From contig DASVRO010000064.1 in assembly GCA_036388575.1 (NCBI GenBank), positions 11,782 to 75,781 of the forward strand: a stretch of DNA of 64,000 nucleotides, given 5' to 3'. The DNA is from Allosphingosinicella sp. GTDB lineage: Bacteria; Pseudomonadota; Alphaproteobacteria; Sphingomonadales; Sphingomonadaceae. Below the pieces are notes generated by a model, which was not told the origin of the DNA, did no database searches, and worked only from the letters and a program-made list of their open reading frames with translations. How positions within the stretch are numbered: position 1 is the stretch's first letter; every line of letters begins with the position of its first letter. The position numbers and the translations under genes are program-made. Below, piece by piece: positions 49,539 through 57,650 of this stretch.

Positions 49539-49714
49539 TTTCCTCCCCCGGATTTCCGCGGGAGGGGGACCGCGCCCTTCGACGCCGCCTGCGGCGTCGC
49601 TCTGGATAAACTGCGCCTTCGGCGCGCGCGGTGGAGGGGTTCTTTCTGACTCAGCAAGGCCCCTCCACCAGCCTGCGGCTGGTCCCCCTCCCCTGCAAAT
49701 GCAGGGGAGGAATT
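49539..49714. repeat. REP-like element (family A) with a nested 43-bp module
   Basis: Same arms as 26367-26495, with an extra CCCTTCGAC...CTGCGCC insert in the first inner hairpin. Confidence 0.85.
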
Positions 49715-49721
49715 TGACGGC

Positions 49722-49976
49722 TCAAGCGGCTTCGCTGAGCTCGATCGGGCGGTGGCCGCGGCTGTGGGTTCCGGCGCCGCGGCTCGTCGCCGTCGCCAGC
49801 GGCAGCGCCGTCGCGCAGAAGCCGCATTCGGCCGAGACCCGGCCGACGAACCAGTGGGTCCGGCCGCAGCCCGGGCAGTGGTTCACCTCGTTCTCGCGAT
49901 ACTGGATACAGTAGCCGCGAAGCTGCGGGTCGTGGGGGAAACTCTCTTCCTGAATTTCGAGAATGAAGCTCGCCAT
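49722..49976 (-). CDS. Small zinc-ribbon protein
   Basis: NHCPGCGRTHW.VGR.SAECGFC; AAGGGG RBS-like sequence upstream. Confidence 0.7.
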   Translation of the reverse strand: MASFILEIQEESFPHDPQLRGYCIQYRENEVNHCPGCGRTHWFVGRVSAECGFCATALPLATATSRGAGTHSRGHRPIELSEAA

Positions 49977-50095
49977 CGCCGTAACCCCTTGAAAAGGCTC
50001 TTCCGCAGCCGGGGCCTGTGCCAGTCGCGAGCGCTTGTCACCCCCCCGAATCCCGCTGTTCCAAAACGGGAAAAGCGGCGTGTCGAAGGTTAATC

Positions 50096-50174
50096 GGTGT
50101 CTGACACCATTTTCACGCCGTCCCGGCTCCGCCAAACATTTCAACCACTTGGAAATTGGTGTCTGACACCAATT
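50096..50174. repeat. Pair of GGTGTCTGACACC palindromes
   Basis: Two identical 13-bp palindromes ~62 bp apart; the second extends to AATTGGTGTC-T-GACACCAATT. Confidence 0.75.
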
Positions 50175-51771
50175 ACGTGATCAGGCGCTGGAGGGCCTCG
50201 ATCGTGTCGGCCTCGGCGGCGGGCTTGTCGGTGCGGATCCGCGAGATTCGCGGGAAGCGCATGGCGAGGCCGGATTTGTGACGCTTGCTGGCGTGGATCG
50301 AATCGAAGGCGACCTCGAGCACCAGGCTCTTCTCGACCTCGCGCACCGGCCCGAAGCGCTGGACGGTGTGGTTGCGCACGAACTGGTCGAGCCACAGCAA
50401 CTCCTCGTCGGTGAAGCCGAAATAGGCCTTGCCGACGGGGAGCAGCTCGCCCTCCGGGGTCCGGCAGCCGAAGGTGAAGTCGGAATAATAAGAGGAACGC
50501 TTGCCGCTGCCGCGCTGGGCGTACATCAAGACGCAGTCGGCGACGAGCGGATCGCGCTTCCATTTGTACCACAGGCCGACCCGGCGGCCGCCCGTATAGG
50601 GGCTGTCGCGGCGCTTGAGCATCACCCCCTCGATCGAGGCGTCGCGGGCGCCGGCGCGGATCGCCTCGAGCTCATCGAACGTCGCCGCCTCGATCAGGGC
50701 GGAGAGGTCGAACCGTTCGCGGTCGAGCCCCGGCACCAGCGCCGCCAGCCGCCCGCGCCTTTCCGCCCAGGGCAGCGGCCGAAGGTCCTCGGGCCCGTCG
50801 AACAATATGTCGTAGAGCCGGACGAAGGCGGGATATTCCTTCAGCATCTTGGCCGAGACGAGCTTGCGCCCGAGCCTCTGCTGGAGGGCGTTGAAGCTCG
50901 CCGCTGCGCCGCCATGGGCGTCGGCGCCCTGGAACTCGCCCTTGACGAGGAGTTCGCCGTCGACCGCCCCGTCGGCCCGGAAGGCCTCCGCCACCTCGGG
51001 GAAGGAGCGGCTGATGTCGTCGCCGGCTCGGCTGTAGAGCCGGGTCTCGCCGCCGGCTCGGACGATCTGGACCCGGATCCCGTCCCATTTCCATTCGGCC
51101 GCATAATCGTCGAGCGAGAGGCGCAGGTCCTCCAGCGGATGGGCGAGCATGAACGGGCGGAAGACCGGGACGTTCTCGGCGGTCGGCTGCGGCCCGCGCC
51201 CTTCGGCCCAGTCGAACAGCGGAAGGTAAGGCGGGCCGAGGCCGTGCCAGACCTCCTCAACCGCGTCGACCTCGAGCCCGAACGCCTGCGCCACCGCCGT
51301 CTTGGCGAGCCGGGCCGAGACCCCGATCCTCAATTCGCCGGTGGCGAGCTTGAGCAAGGCGTAGCGGCCGCTGGCGTCGAGATGGTCGAGCATTCCGGCA
51401 AGCGCGCCCGGCGCTTCCGTCCGGCCGAGGGTCTGAAGCCGCTCGACGACGCTGGCGATGCGCAGGGATCCGTCGTCAAGCTCGGCCGGCTGGTCGATCC
51501 GCTTGGGCCAGAGCAGGGACACCGTCTCGGCCATGTCGCCGACATAGTCCCAGCTCATGTAGAAGAGGGTCGGGTCGACCCGTTCCTCGACGATCGCCCT
51601 GATCGCCGCCGGCTTGACCCCGGGCAGGTCGAGCTCGCCGGTCAGAGCCGCCAGCGCATAGCCGCGGTCGGGATCGGGCGTTCGCCTGAGATAATCGCCG
51701 ATCAGCTTGAGCTTGGCGTTGCGCGAGCGGGTGTAGACGAGGCCGTCGAGCAGCTGCGAGAAGTCCCGCAC
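50173..51771 (-). CDS. ATP-dependent DNA ligase (cisplatin-damage-response type)
   Basis: EWKWDGIR adenylation motif, DGE, EGVMLKR, WYKWK, RFPR. Confidence 0.92.
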   Translation of the reverse strand: MRDFSQLLDGLVYTRSRNAKLKLIGDYLRRTPDPDRGYALAALTGELDLPGVKPAAIRAIVEERVDPTLFYMSWDYVGDMAETVSLLWPKRIDQPAELDDGSLRIASVVERLQTLGRTEAPGALAGMLDHLDASGRYALLKLATGELRIGVSARLAKTAVAQAFGLEVDAVEEVWHGLGPPYLPLFDWAEGRGPQPTAENVPVFRPFMLAHPLEDLRLSLDDYAAEWKWDGIRVQIVRAGGETRLYSRAGDDISRSFPEVAEAFRADGAVDGELLVKGEFQGADAHGGAAASFNALQQRLGRKLVSAKMLKEYPAFVRLYDILFDGPEDLRPLPWAERRGRLAALVPGLDRERFDLSALIEAATFDELEAIRAGARDASIEGVMLKRRDSPYTGGRRVGLWYKWKRDPLVADCVLMYAQRGSGKRSSYYSDFTFGCRTPEGELLPVGKAYFGFTDEELLWLDQFVRNHTVQRFGPVREVEKSLVLEVAFDSIHASKRHKSGLAMRFPRISRIRTDKPAAEADTIEALQRLIT

Positions 51772-51774
51772 CGC

Positions 51775-53550
51775 CTAGCGCTCCGGATTGAAGATGTCGC
51801 CGTAGCCGAGGCGCAGCGCCCAGGGCGCGAGGATCGGGAGGACCGGCTCCATCTGCGGGCGATAACGCTCCCAGCGCCCGCTCGCCTCACGATAGATCGG
51901 CCGGATCACCTGCGAGTAGCTCGGAGTGCTGATCGTGCCTCGCGACCGGGCGGTGCGGCGGTGGTCGAGCACCGCCGGGTCGAAGGGCAGGCCGAGGAAG
52001 TCGAGCGCCGCCCTCGCCTCGGTCTCGACATCCTCGACCAGCGCCTCGTAGCGGACGACGTGAACGTCGAGCGGAAGCAGCTCGCGGCTGCGCTCCCAGG
52101 AGGCCAGGACGAGGTCGTAGAGGCGGGCGGAGTCGGCGAGGTCGAGGAAGTTCGCCATGGCGTCGTTGATCTCGAAGCTCTGCATGAAGCAGGACAGGAC
52201 CACGTCGCACGGATGGCGCTGGGCGAAGAGGATCCGGGCGTCCGGGAACAGGCGGTGGATCAGGGGGAGGGCGAGGAGATTGAGCGGAAGCTTGTCGATC
52301 ACGGTACGCCCGGCCGAGTCGGGGACGAGCCTGTCCACCTCGGTGAAATAGATCCCTCGAAGCCGCTCCGCCTCGGCGGTATCGACGTCCGGGAGCCGCT
52401 CCATCCCCCCCAGTGCGTCGTCGACCCGCTGCAGGATCGGCGCCTCCTCGAGCACCGCCACCGCCGGATGGCCCATCAGGACCGTGTCGAGCAGGGTCGT
52501 GCCGGAGCGCGGGAAGCCGACGAGGAAGGCCGGCGCCGGCCGCGAGCCGCGCTCCACGGGCGCCCAGCCGGCGAGCCATTCCGGCGAAAGCGTGGCGGTC
52601 ATCGCCGCCACCCGCCGGCGATAGCCTCCGGGATCGGCCCGGACGGCGTCGGCCTGGTCGGCCGCGATCCGGTTCGCCTCGGCGAACGCCTCGAAGGCGG
52701 CGGCGCTGTCGCCGAGCGAGTCGGCGAGCCGGCCGATCAGCAGCGACCGGCGCGCCGGCTCGACATCGGCGGGCGCCCGCCGCGCCAGCGCCAGAGCCTC
52801 GGCGGTCCTGCCCTCCTCGCGCAGGAGCAGGGCCTGGAGATAGGCGAGCTCGTCGGCCGGCACGCCCTGCGCCTGAGCCTGCTCGAGCAGCGGCGCCAGC
52901 GCGTCGAGGCGGTTGGCCCGTTCGAGCAGGATCCCGAGCTCGAGCCAGGCGAGGGCGAGCCCCGGCTCGAGACCGAGCGCCCGCCGATAGGACGCCTCCG
53001 CCAGCTCCATCTCCGCCAGCCCCGCATAGGTCCGCCCGAGCTCGAGCTGCACCGAGGCATTGGCAGGATCCAGCCGCGCCGCCGCCGCATAGGGCTCGAC
53101 GCTCTCCTCGAGCCGGCCGGCCGCGGCGAGCAGCATCGCGTAGTTGAGCTGGATCGGCGCCACGTCCGGCCGCAGCCTGCGCGCCCGGCCGAGCGCGTGG
53201 ATCGCGCCTTCCCGGTCGCCGGCGCCGTGGCGGGCATTGCCGAGATTGTTCCAGCTTTCCCAGTCGGACGGGGCGCCGGCGACGACCCGCTCGTAGCATG
53301 ACGCGGCCTCGCCGTGCCGCCCGCGCGACTGGAGCAGCCAGGCCCTGAGCCGGAGCAGCTCCGGAGACTCGCTCGTGCACAGCGCCTCGGCGCCGTCGAG
53401 GTCGCCCTTCATCGCCTTCAGGTTGGCGAGGGCGACGCGCGCCGCCATGTCGTCCGCCCGATCGCGCAGCGCGGCCTCGCCGACCGCCTCGGCGCCGGCG
53501 AGATCGCCGCTCCGGACCAGCTCGATCATCTGCGAGGCGGGGTCGCTCAT
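51775..53550 (-). CDS. TPR-repeat sulfotransferase
   Basis: N-terminal TPRs; FLVGFPRSGTTLL PAPS loop, DKLP.N, RHP.D..LS, TPSYSQV. Confidence 0.88.
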   Translation of the reverse strand: MSDPASQMIELVRSGDLAGAEAVGEAALRDRADDMAARVALANLKAMKGDLDGAEALCTSESPELLRLRAWLLQSRGRHGEAASCYERVVAGAPSDWESWNNLGNARHGAGDREGAIHALGRARRLRPDVAPIQLNYAMLLAAAGRLEESVEPYAAAARLDPANASVQLELGRTYAGLAEMELAEASYRRALGLEPGLALAWLELGILLERANRLDALAPLLEQAQAQGVPADELAYLQALLLREEGRTAEALALARRAPADVEPARRSLLIGRLADSLGDSAAAFEAFAEANRIAADQADAVRADPGGYRRRVAAMTATLSPEWLAGWAPVERGSRPAPAFLVGFPRSGTTLLDTVLMGHPAVAVLEEAPILQRVDDALGGMERLPDVDTAEAERLRGIYFTEVDRLVPDSAGRTVIDKLPLNLLALPLIHRLFPDARILFAQRHPCDVVLSCFMQSFEINDAMANFLDLADSARLYDLVLASWERSRELLPLDVHVVRYEALVEDVETEARAALDFLGLPFDPAVLDHRRTARSRGTISTPSYSQVIRPIYREASGRWERYRPQMEPVLPILAPWALRLGYGDIFNPER

Positions 53551-53636
53551 CGAGCGCTCATGGCCGCGCCCGCGCCCGCCGCGCAATCGAAAAGCACCCA
53601 GTCTGTACCGACATTCACCAGGCCGGCGTGTCTGCT

Positions 53637-53749
53637 TTTCCCTCTCCCCAGGGGGGAGAGGGCAGGGAGAGGGGGTACGGCGCTTGTGGGCAGTCGCATC
53701 CGCCGAGCCCCCTCACCCCAGCCCTCTCCCCGCCGGGGAGAGGGGGAAG
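53637..53749. repeat. REP-like composite palindromic element (family C)
   Basis: CCCTCTCCCCAGGGGGGAGAGGGCAGGGAGAGGGG...CCCCTCACCCCAGCCCTCTCCCCGCCGGGGAGAGGG. Confidence 0.78.
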
Positions 53750-53778
53750 CTAAGCGACACGCCGGATGTCGATCCAGC

Positions 53779-54345
53779 CTAAGCCTCCAGCTCGATGTCC
53801 CAGTAGAGATAGTCGCGCCAGCTCTCGTGCAGGTAGTTGGGCGGGAAGCTGCGGCCGTTCTCCTGGAGCTGCCAGCTGGTCGGCCGGTAGGGGCGGCGGT
53901 TGAGGTTCATATGGGCCTGGAGCGGAGTCCGTCCGCCCTTCCTCAGGTTGCACGGGGCGCAGGCGGTGGCGACATTCTCCCAGGTCGTCCGGCCGCCCTG
54001 GGCGCGCGGCACGACATGGTCGAAGGTCAGCTCCGCCGGAGACGCGCAATATTGGCATTCGAAGCGGTCGCGAAGGAAGAGGTTGAACCGGGTGAAGGCG
54101 GGATGCTCGCTCGGCTTCACATACTGCCTGAGCGCGATCACCGACGGCAGCTGAAGGGTCCGGGTCGGGCTGTGCACCTCGCGGACATATTGGGCGACGA
54201 TGTCGACCCGCTCGAGGAACACGGCCTTGACCGCCGTCTGCCACGGCCACAGGCTGAGCGGATAATAGCTGAGCGGCGTGTAGTCCGCGTTGAGCACGAG
54301 GGCGGGGCAGGCGTCCGGATGGCGGAGGAGGTCGGGATGGTACAT
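53779..54345 (-). CDS. HNH endonuclease (McrA-like, conserved alphaproteobacterial type)
   Basis: LVLNADY.PL, RD.F.CQYC, TFDHVVPR..GG.T.WENV.TAC..CN..KG. Confidence 0.9.
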   Translation of the reverse strand: MYHPDLLRHPDACPALVLNADYTPLSYYPLSLWPWQTAVKAVFLERVDIVAQYVREVHSPTRTLQLPSVIALRQYVKPSEHPAFTRFNLFLRDRFECQYCASPAELTFDHVVPRAQGGRTTWENVATACAPCNLRKGGRTPLQAHMNLNRRPYRPTSWQLQENGRSFPPNYLHESWRDYLYWDIELEA

Positions 54346-54444
54346 GCGCCGCGCGAAACCCTCGTCATCGCGAGGAGAGTCGCCCGGCCTGTCGCACCCA
54401 GGACGGGGGAGCGCTCCCCGGTCCAAGCCCCCTCACGGATGAGG

Positions 54445-54462
54445 GTGACGGCCTCATGACAG
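54445..54462 (-). promoter_or_regulatory. Pho-box-like site upstream of the HNH gene
   Basis: Minus strand CTGTCAT-GAGG-CCGTCAC. Confidence 0.55.
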
Positions 54463-54493
54463 CATGGCGCGAGTCTCCGGGTCAAGAGTCCTG

Positions 54494-55369
54494 ATGCGCG
54501 TCGTCACCCGTTTCGCGCCGAGTCCGACTGGTCGGTTGCATCTGGGCCACGCTTTCTCGGCGCTGCTGGCCCATGAATTCGCCCGCGGCCGCGACGGCGC
54601 CTTCCTGCTCCGGATCGAGGATATCGATCCGGGCCGGTCGCGAAGCGAGCATGTCGACTCGATCATCGAGGATCTCGCCTGGCTCGGAATCGACTGGGAC
54701 GGGGAGATAATCTTCCAGTCGGAGCGGCTCGCCCTCTATGCCGAGGCGCTCGGCCGGCTGAAGGGCGCCGGCCTCGTCTATCCCTGCTTCTGCACACGGG
54801 GCGCCATCGCCGCGGAAATCGCCGCCAGCGCCGCCGCCCCCCATGGTCCGGACGGGCCCCTCTATCCCGGCACGTGCCGGGCGCTTTCGATCGGGGAGAG
54901 GGAGCGGCGGATGGCATCGGAGCCTCATGCCTGGCGGCTCGACGTTGCAAAGGCGCTCCACTCCCTCCGGGGAGCAGCGCCGCTCTACTGGCATGACGGC
55001 GATACGGAAGTGCAGGCGGAGCCGGAAAGGTATGGCGACGTCGTCCTCGCCCGCAAGGACGCTCCGGTCAGCTACCATCTCGCCGTCACCGTCGACGACG
55101 CCGCCCAGGAGGTGACCGACGTCGTCCGCGGCCGCGACCTCTACGCCGCGACCGACGTCCACCGCCTGCTCCAGGCCCTGCTCGGCCTGCCCACCCCGCA
55201 CTACCACCACCATCCGTTGCTGCTCGGCCCGGACGGCCGCCGCCTCGCCAAGCGCCACGGCGCTCCGAGCCTGCGCGAACTGCGCGAGTCGGGGGTCGAT
55301 CCCCAGGCCCTGGCGGCGGACCTGCTCACCGGACAAATGCCGTATGGATATTCGGCCGCCGCTTCCTAA
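54494..55369 (+). CDS. gluQ: Glutamyl-queuosine tRNA(Asp) synthetase
   Basis: RFAPSPTG.LHLGH, RIEDID, YPCFCTR, VRG.DL, RLAKR; no anticodon-binding domain. Confidence 0.9.
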   Translation: MRVVTRFAPSPTGRLHLGHAFSALLAHEFARGRDGAFLLRIEDIDPGRSRSEHVDSIIEDLAWLGIDWDGEIIFQSERLALYAEALGRLKGAGLVYPCFCTRGAIAAEIAASAAAPHGPDGPLYPGTCRALSIGERERRMASEPHAWRLDVAKALHSLRGAAPLYWHDGDTEVQAEPERYGDVVLARKDAPVSYHLAVTVDDAAQEVTDVVRGRDLYAATDVHRLLQALLGLPTPHYHHHPLLLGPDGRRLAKRHGAPSLRELRESGVDPQALAADLLTGQMPYGYSAAAS

Positions 55370-55378
55370 ATAGGCGCG

Positions 55379-55582
55379 ATGAGCACCATCCTCATCATCC
55401 TGATCGTCATCATGGCCGGAGCGACGCTGTTCGTCCTGGCCAAGGGCGTGATCGGAATGGCCCAGGGCAAGGACATCACCGGCGAACGCTCGCAGGCGCT
55501 GATGCGCAAGCGCGTCCTCTACCAGGCCGTCGCCATCGTCCTCGTCGTCCTGCTCCTGCTCGTCGCCGGCGGAAAGAGCTGA
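55379..55582 (+). CDS. HIG1-domain twin transmembrane helix small protein
   Basis: Two TM helices, SQ.LMR.RV..Q motif. Confidence 0.82.
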   Translation: MSTILIILIVIMAGATLFVLAKGVIGMAQGKDITGERSQALMRKRVLYQAVAIVLVVLLLLVAGGKS

Positions 55583-55585
55583 GCC

Positions 55586-56161
55586 CTGGTCCGCCTCAAC
55601 AAGATCTACACGCGCACGGGCGATGAGGGCTCGTCCGGCCTCACCGACGGCTCCCGCCGCTCCAAGGCCGATCCTCTGTTCGCCGCGATCGGCGACGTCG
55701 ACGAGGCCAACAGCGCGATCGGCATCGCCCGCCTCCACGTCGGCGACGAGGCGCTGGGCCGGATGCTGACCGCGATCCAGAACGAGATGTTCGACCTCGG
55801 CGCCGACCTCGCTACCCCGGGCGAGGATTTCGAGCCGTCGCAAATGTCCCTGCGCATCGTCCAGCCGCAGATCGACCGGCTCGAATTCGAGATCGACGCG
55901 ATGAACGAGCGGCTCGAGCCGCTGCGCAGCTTCATCCTTCCCGCCGGCGGCGGCGGGGCCGCCTTTCTCCACCTCGCCCGGGCCATCGTCCGGCGCGCCG
56001 AGCGCTCGGCCGTCGCCGCCTCCTCGGCGGCGGCGCTCAATCCACTCGCCCTGATCTATCTGAACCGGCTCTCCGACCACCTGTTCGTCATGGCCCGGCT
56101 GGCCGCCGCGGCGGAGGGCGGCGAAGTGCTCTGGCAGCCCGGCGCGACGCGCGGCGACTGA
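55586..56161 (+). CDS. pduO: PduO-type cob(I)alamin adenosyltransferase (apparent CTG start)
   Basis: VRLNKIYTRTGD.G, G.VDE.NS.IG, QN..FDLGADL, FILP, R..VRRAER, YLNRLSD.LF. Confidence 0.88.
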   Translation: MVRLNKIYTRTGDEGSSGLTDGSRRSKADPLFAAIGDVDEANSAIGIARLHVGDEALGRMLTAIQNEMFDLGADLATPGEDFEPSQMSLRIVQPQIDRLEFEIDAMNERLEPLRSFILPAGGGGAAFLHLARAIVRRAERSAVAASSAAALNPLALIYLNRLSDHLFVMARLAAAAEGGEVLWQPGATRGD

Positions 56162-56166
56162 ACGCG

Positions 56167-56305
56167 TCTCCCGTCCTTACGGGAGAGGAGGGGCCCAAGC
56201 CGAAGGCCTGGGAGGTGAGGGTCTTGCTGAGTCCGGTGTACAGACCCTTACCTCCCACCGCTTCGCGGCGGGCCCCTCCTCTCCCGCGAAAAGCGGGAGA
56301 GGCTT
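56167..56305. repeat. REP-like composite palindromic element (family B)
   Basis: Near-identical to 20621-20764. Confidence 0.85.
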
Positions 56306-56350
56306 TTCGCGAGCTAACCTCCATCAATATTTTGGTGTAGGGAGCCGGAA

Positions 56351-57649
56351 ATGGCGACCCAGGCACATTCCTCCCCCACCACGGCCCTGGCCGATCGCTA
56401 CCGGGCGGTTCGGGGGCTGAGCGAGGCGATCGCGGCGCCGCTCTCCGACGCCGACGCCACGCTTCAGCCGATGCCGGACGCTTCGCCGGCCAAATGGCAT
56501 CTCGCCCACAGCAGCTGGTTCTTCGAGACCTTCGTGCTTCGCGACCATGTCGCCGGCCATCGCCTCTACGACGAGAGCTGGGCCTATCTGTTCAACTCCT
56601 ATTACGAGGGCGAGGGCGAGCGGCATCCGCGGGCGCTGCGCGGCATGCTCAGCCGGCCGAGCCTCGACGAGATCCGCGCCTGGCGCGCCTATGTCGACGA
56701 GGCGATGGCCGCCGCTCTGCCCGACCTGCCGGAGGCGGCGCTGGCCCTGGTCGAGCTCGGCCTCAACCACGAGCAGCAGCATCAGGAGCTGATGCTGATG
56801 GATATCCAGGCCGCGTTCGCCGAGCATCCGCTGCGGCCCGCTTTGTGGTCCGGCGCCCCCCCGGCGCCGGCGGCCCTCGCGCCCGCCATCGGCTGGGTCG
56901 AGGGCCGCTCCGGTCCCGTGGAGATCGGCCATGGCGGCGCCGGCTTCGCCTTCGACTGCGAGGGGCCGCGCCACCATATCCTGCTTCATCCCCATGCGCT
57001 TGCCGACCGGCTCGTCACCAATTCCGAATGGCTCGGCTTCGTCGAGGACGGCGGCTATTCGCGGCCCGAGCTGTGGATGGCCGACGGCTGGGCCTGGGCG
57101 GCCGAAAACCGGATCGAGGCGCCGCTCTACTGGCGGCTCGAGGACGGCGGCTGGAGCCGCTTCGGCCTCGACGGGTCGAGGCCGCTCGCCGCGGCCGAGC
57201 CGGTCGCCCATATCAGCTGGTACGAGGCCGACGCCTTCGCCCGCTGGACCGGCGCCCGGCTGCCGCGCGAGGAGGAATGGGAGGCCGCCGCCGCCGGCTT
57301 CGATCCCGCCTCCGGCACCCAGCTGGACAGCGCCGGGCCGGCGCGGGCGCGACCCTCTCCCGGCAGCGGGCCCTTCGACGCCGCCTGCGGCGGCGCTCAG
57401 GACAGGCTGCGCCAGATGTTCGGCGACCTGTGGGAATGGACGATGAGCGCTTTTTCCCCTTACCCCGGCTACCGGCCGCAGGAAGGCACGGTCGGCGAAT
57501 ATAACGGCAAGTTCATGTGCAACCAGTTCGTCCTGAGGGGCGGCAGCTGCGCCACGCCGCGCGGCCATTTGCGCGCCAGCTACCGCAACTTCTTCTATCC
57601 CCACCAGCGCTGGATGTTCTCCGGTCTGCGGCTGGCTCGGGACCTCTAG
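56351..57649 (+). CDS. egtB: Ergothioneine biosynthesis sulfoxide synthase
   Basis: SPAKWHLAH..WFFETF, FNSYY, HEQQHQEL, FGE-sulfatase domain G..WEWT, YNGKFM, LRGGS. Confidence 0.92.
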   Translation: MATQAHSSPTTALADRYRAVRGLSEAIAAPLSDADATLQPMPDASPAKWHLAHSSWFFETFVLRDHVAGHRLYDESWAYLFNSYYEGEGERHPRALRGMLSRPSLDEIRAWRAYVDEAMAAALPDLPEAALALVELGLNHEQQHQELMLMDIQAAFAEHPLRPALWSGAPPAPAALAPAIGWVEGRSGPVEIGHGGAGFAFDCEGPRHHILLHPHALADRLVTNSEWLGFVEDGGYSRPELWMADGWAWAAENRIEAPLYWRLEDGGWSRFGLDGSRPLAAAEPVAHISWYEADAFARWTGARLPREEEWEAAAAGFDPASGTQLDSAGPARARPSPGSGPFDAACGGAQDRLRQMFGDLWEWTMSAFSPYPGYRPQEGTVGEYNGKFMCNQFVLRGGSCATPRGHLRASYRNFFYPHQRWMFSGLRLARDL

Positions 57650-57650
57650 C

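Noticed and set aside
50278-53301. 1007-aa plus-strand ORF, and similar long ORFs at 43744-46458, 25294-27906 and 15963-18089
   Set aside because: Antisense shadows of well-supported genes in high-GC DNA; no recognisable motifs
53779-54345. HNH nuclease as an anti-phage system or the mobiliser of the repeats
   Set aside because: Looks like the conserved chromosomal HNH beside gluQ; no methylase or defence partners, and only one flank has a repeat
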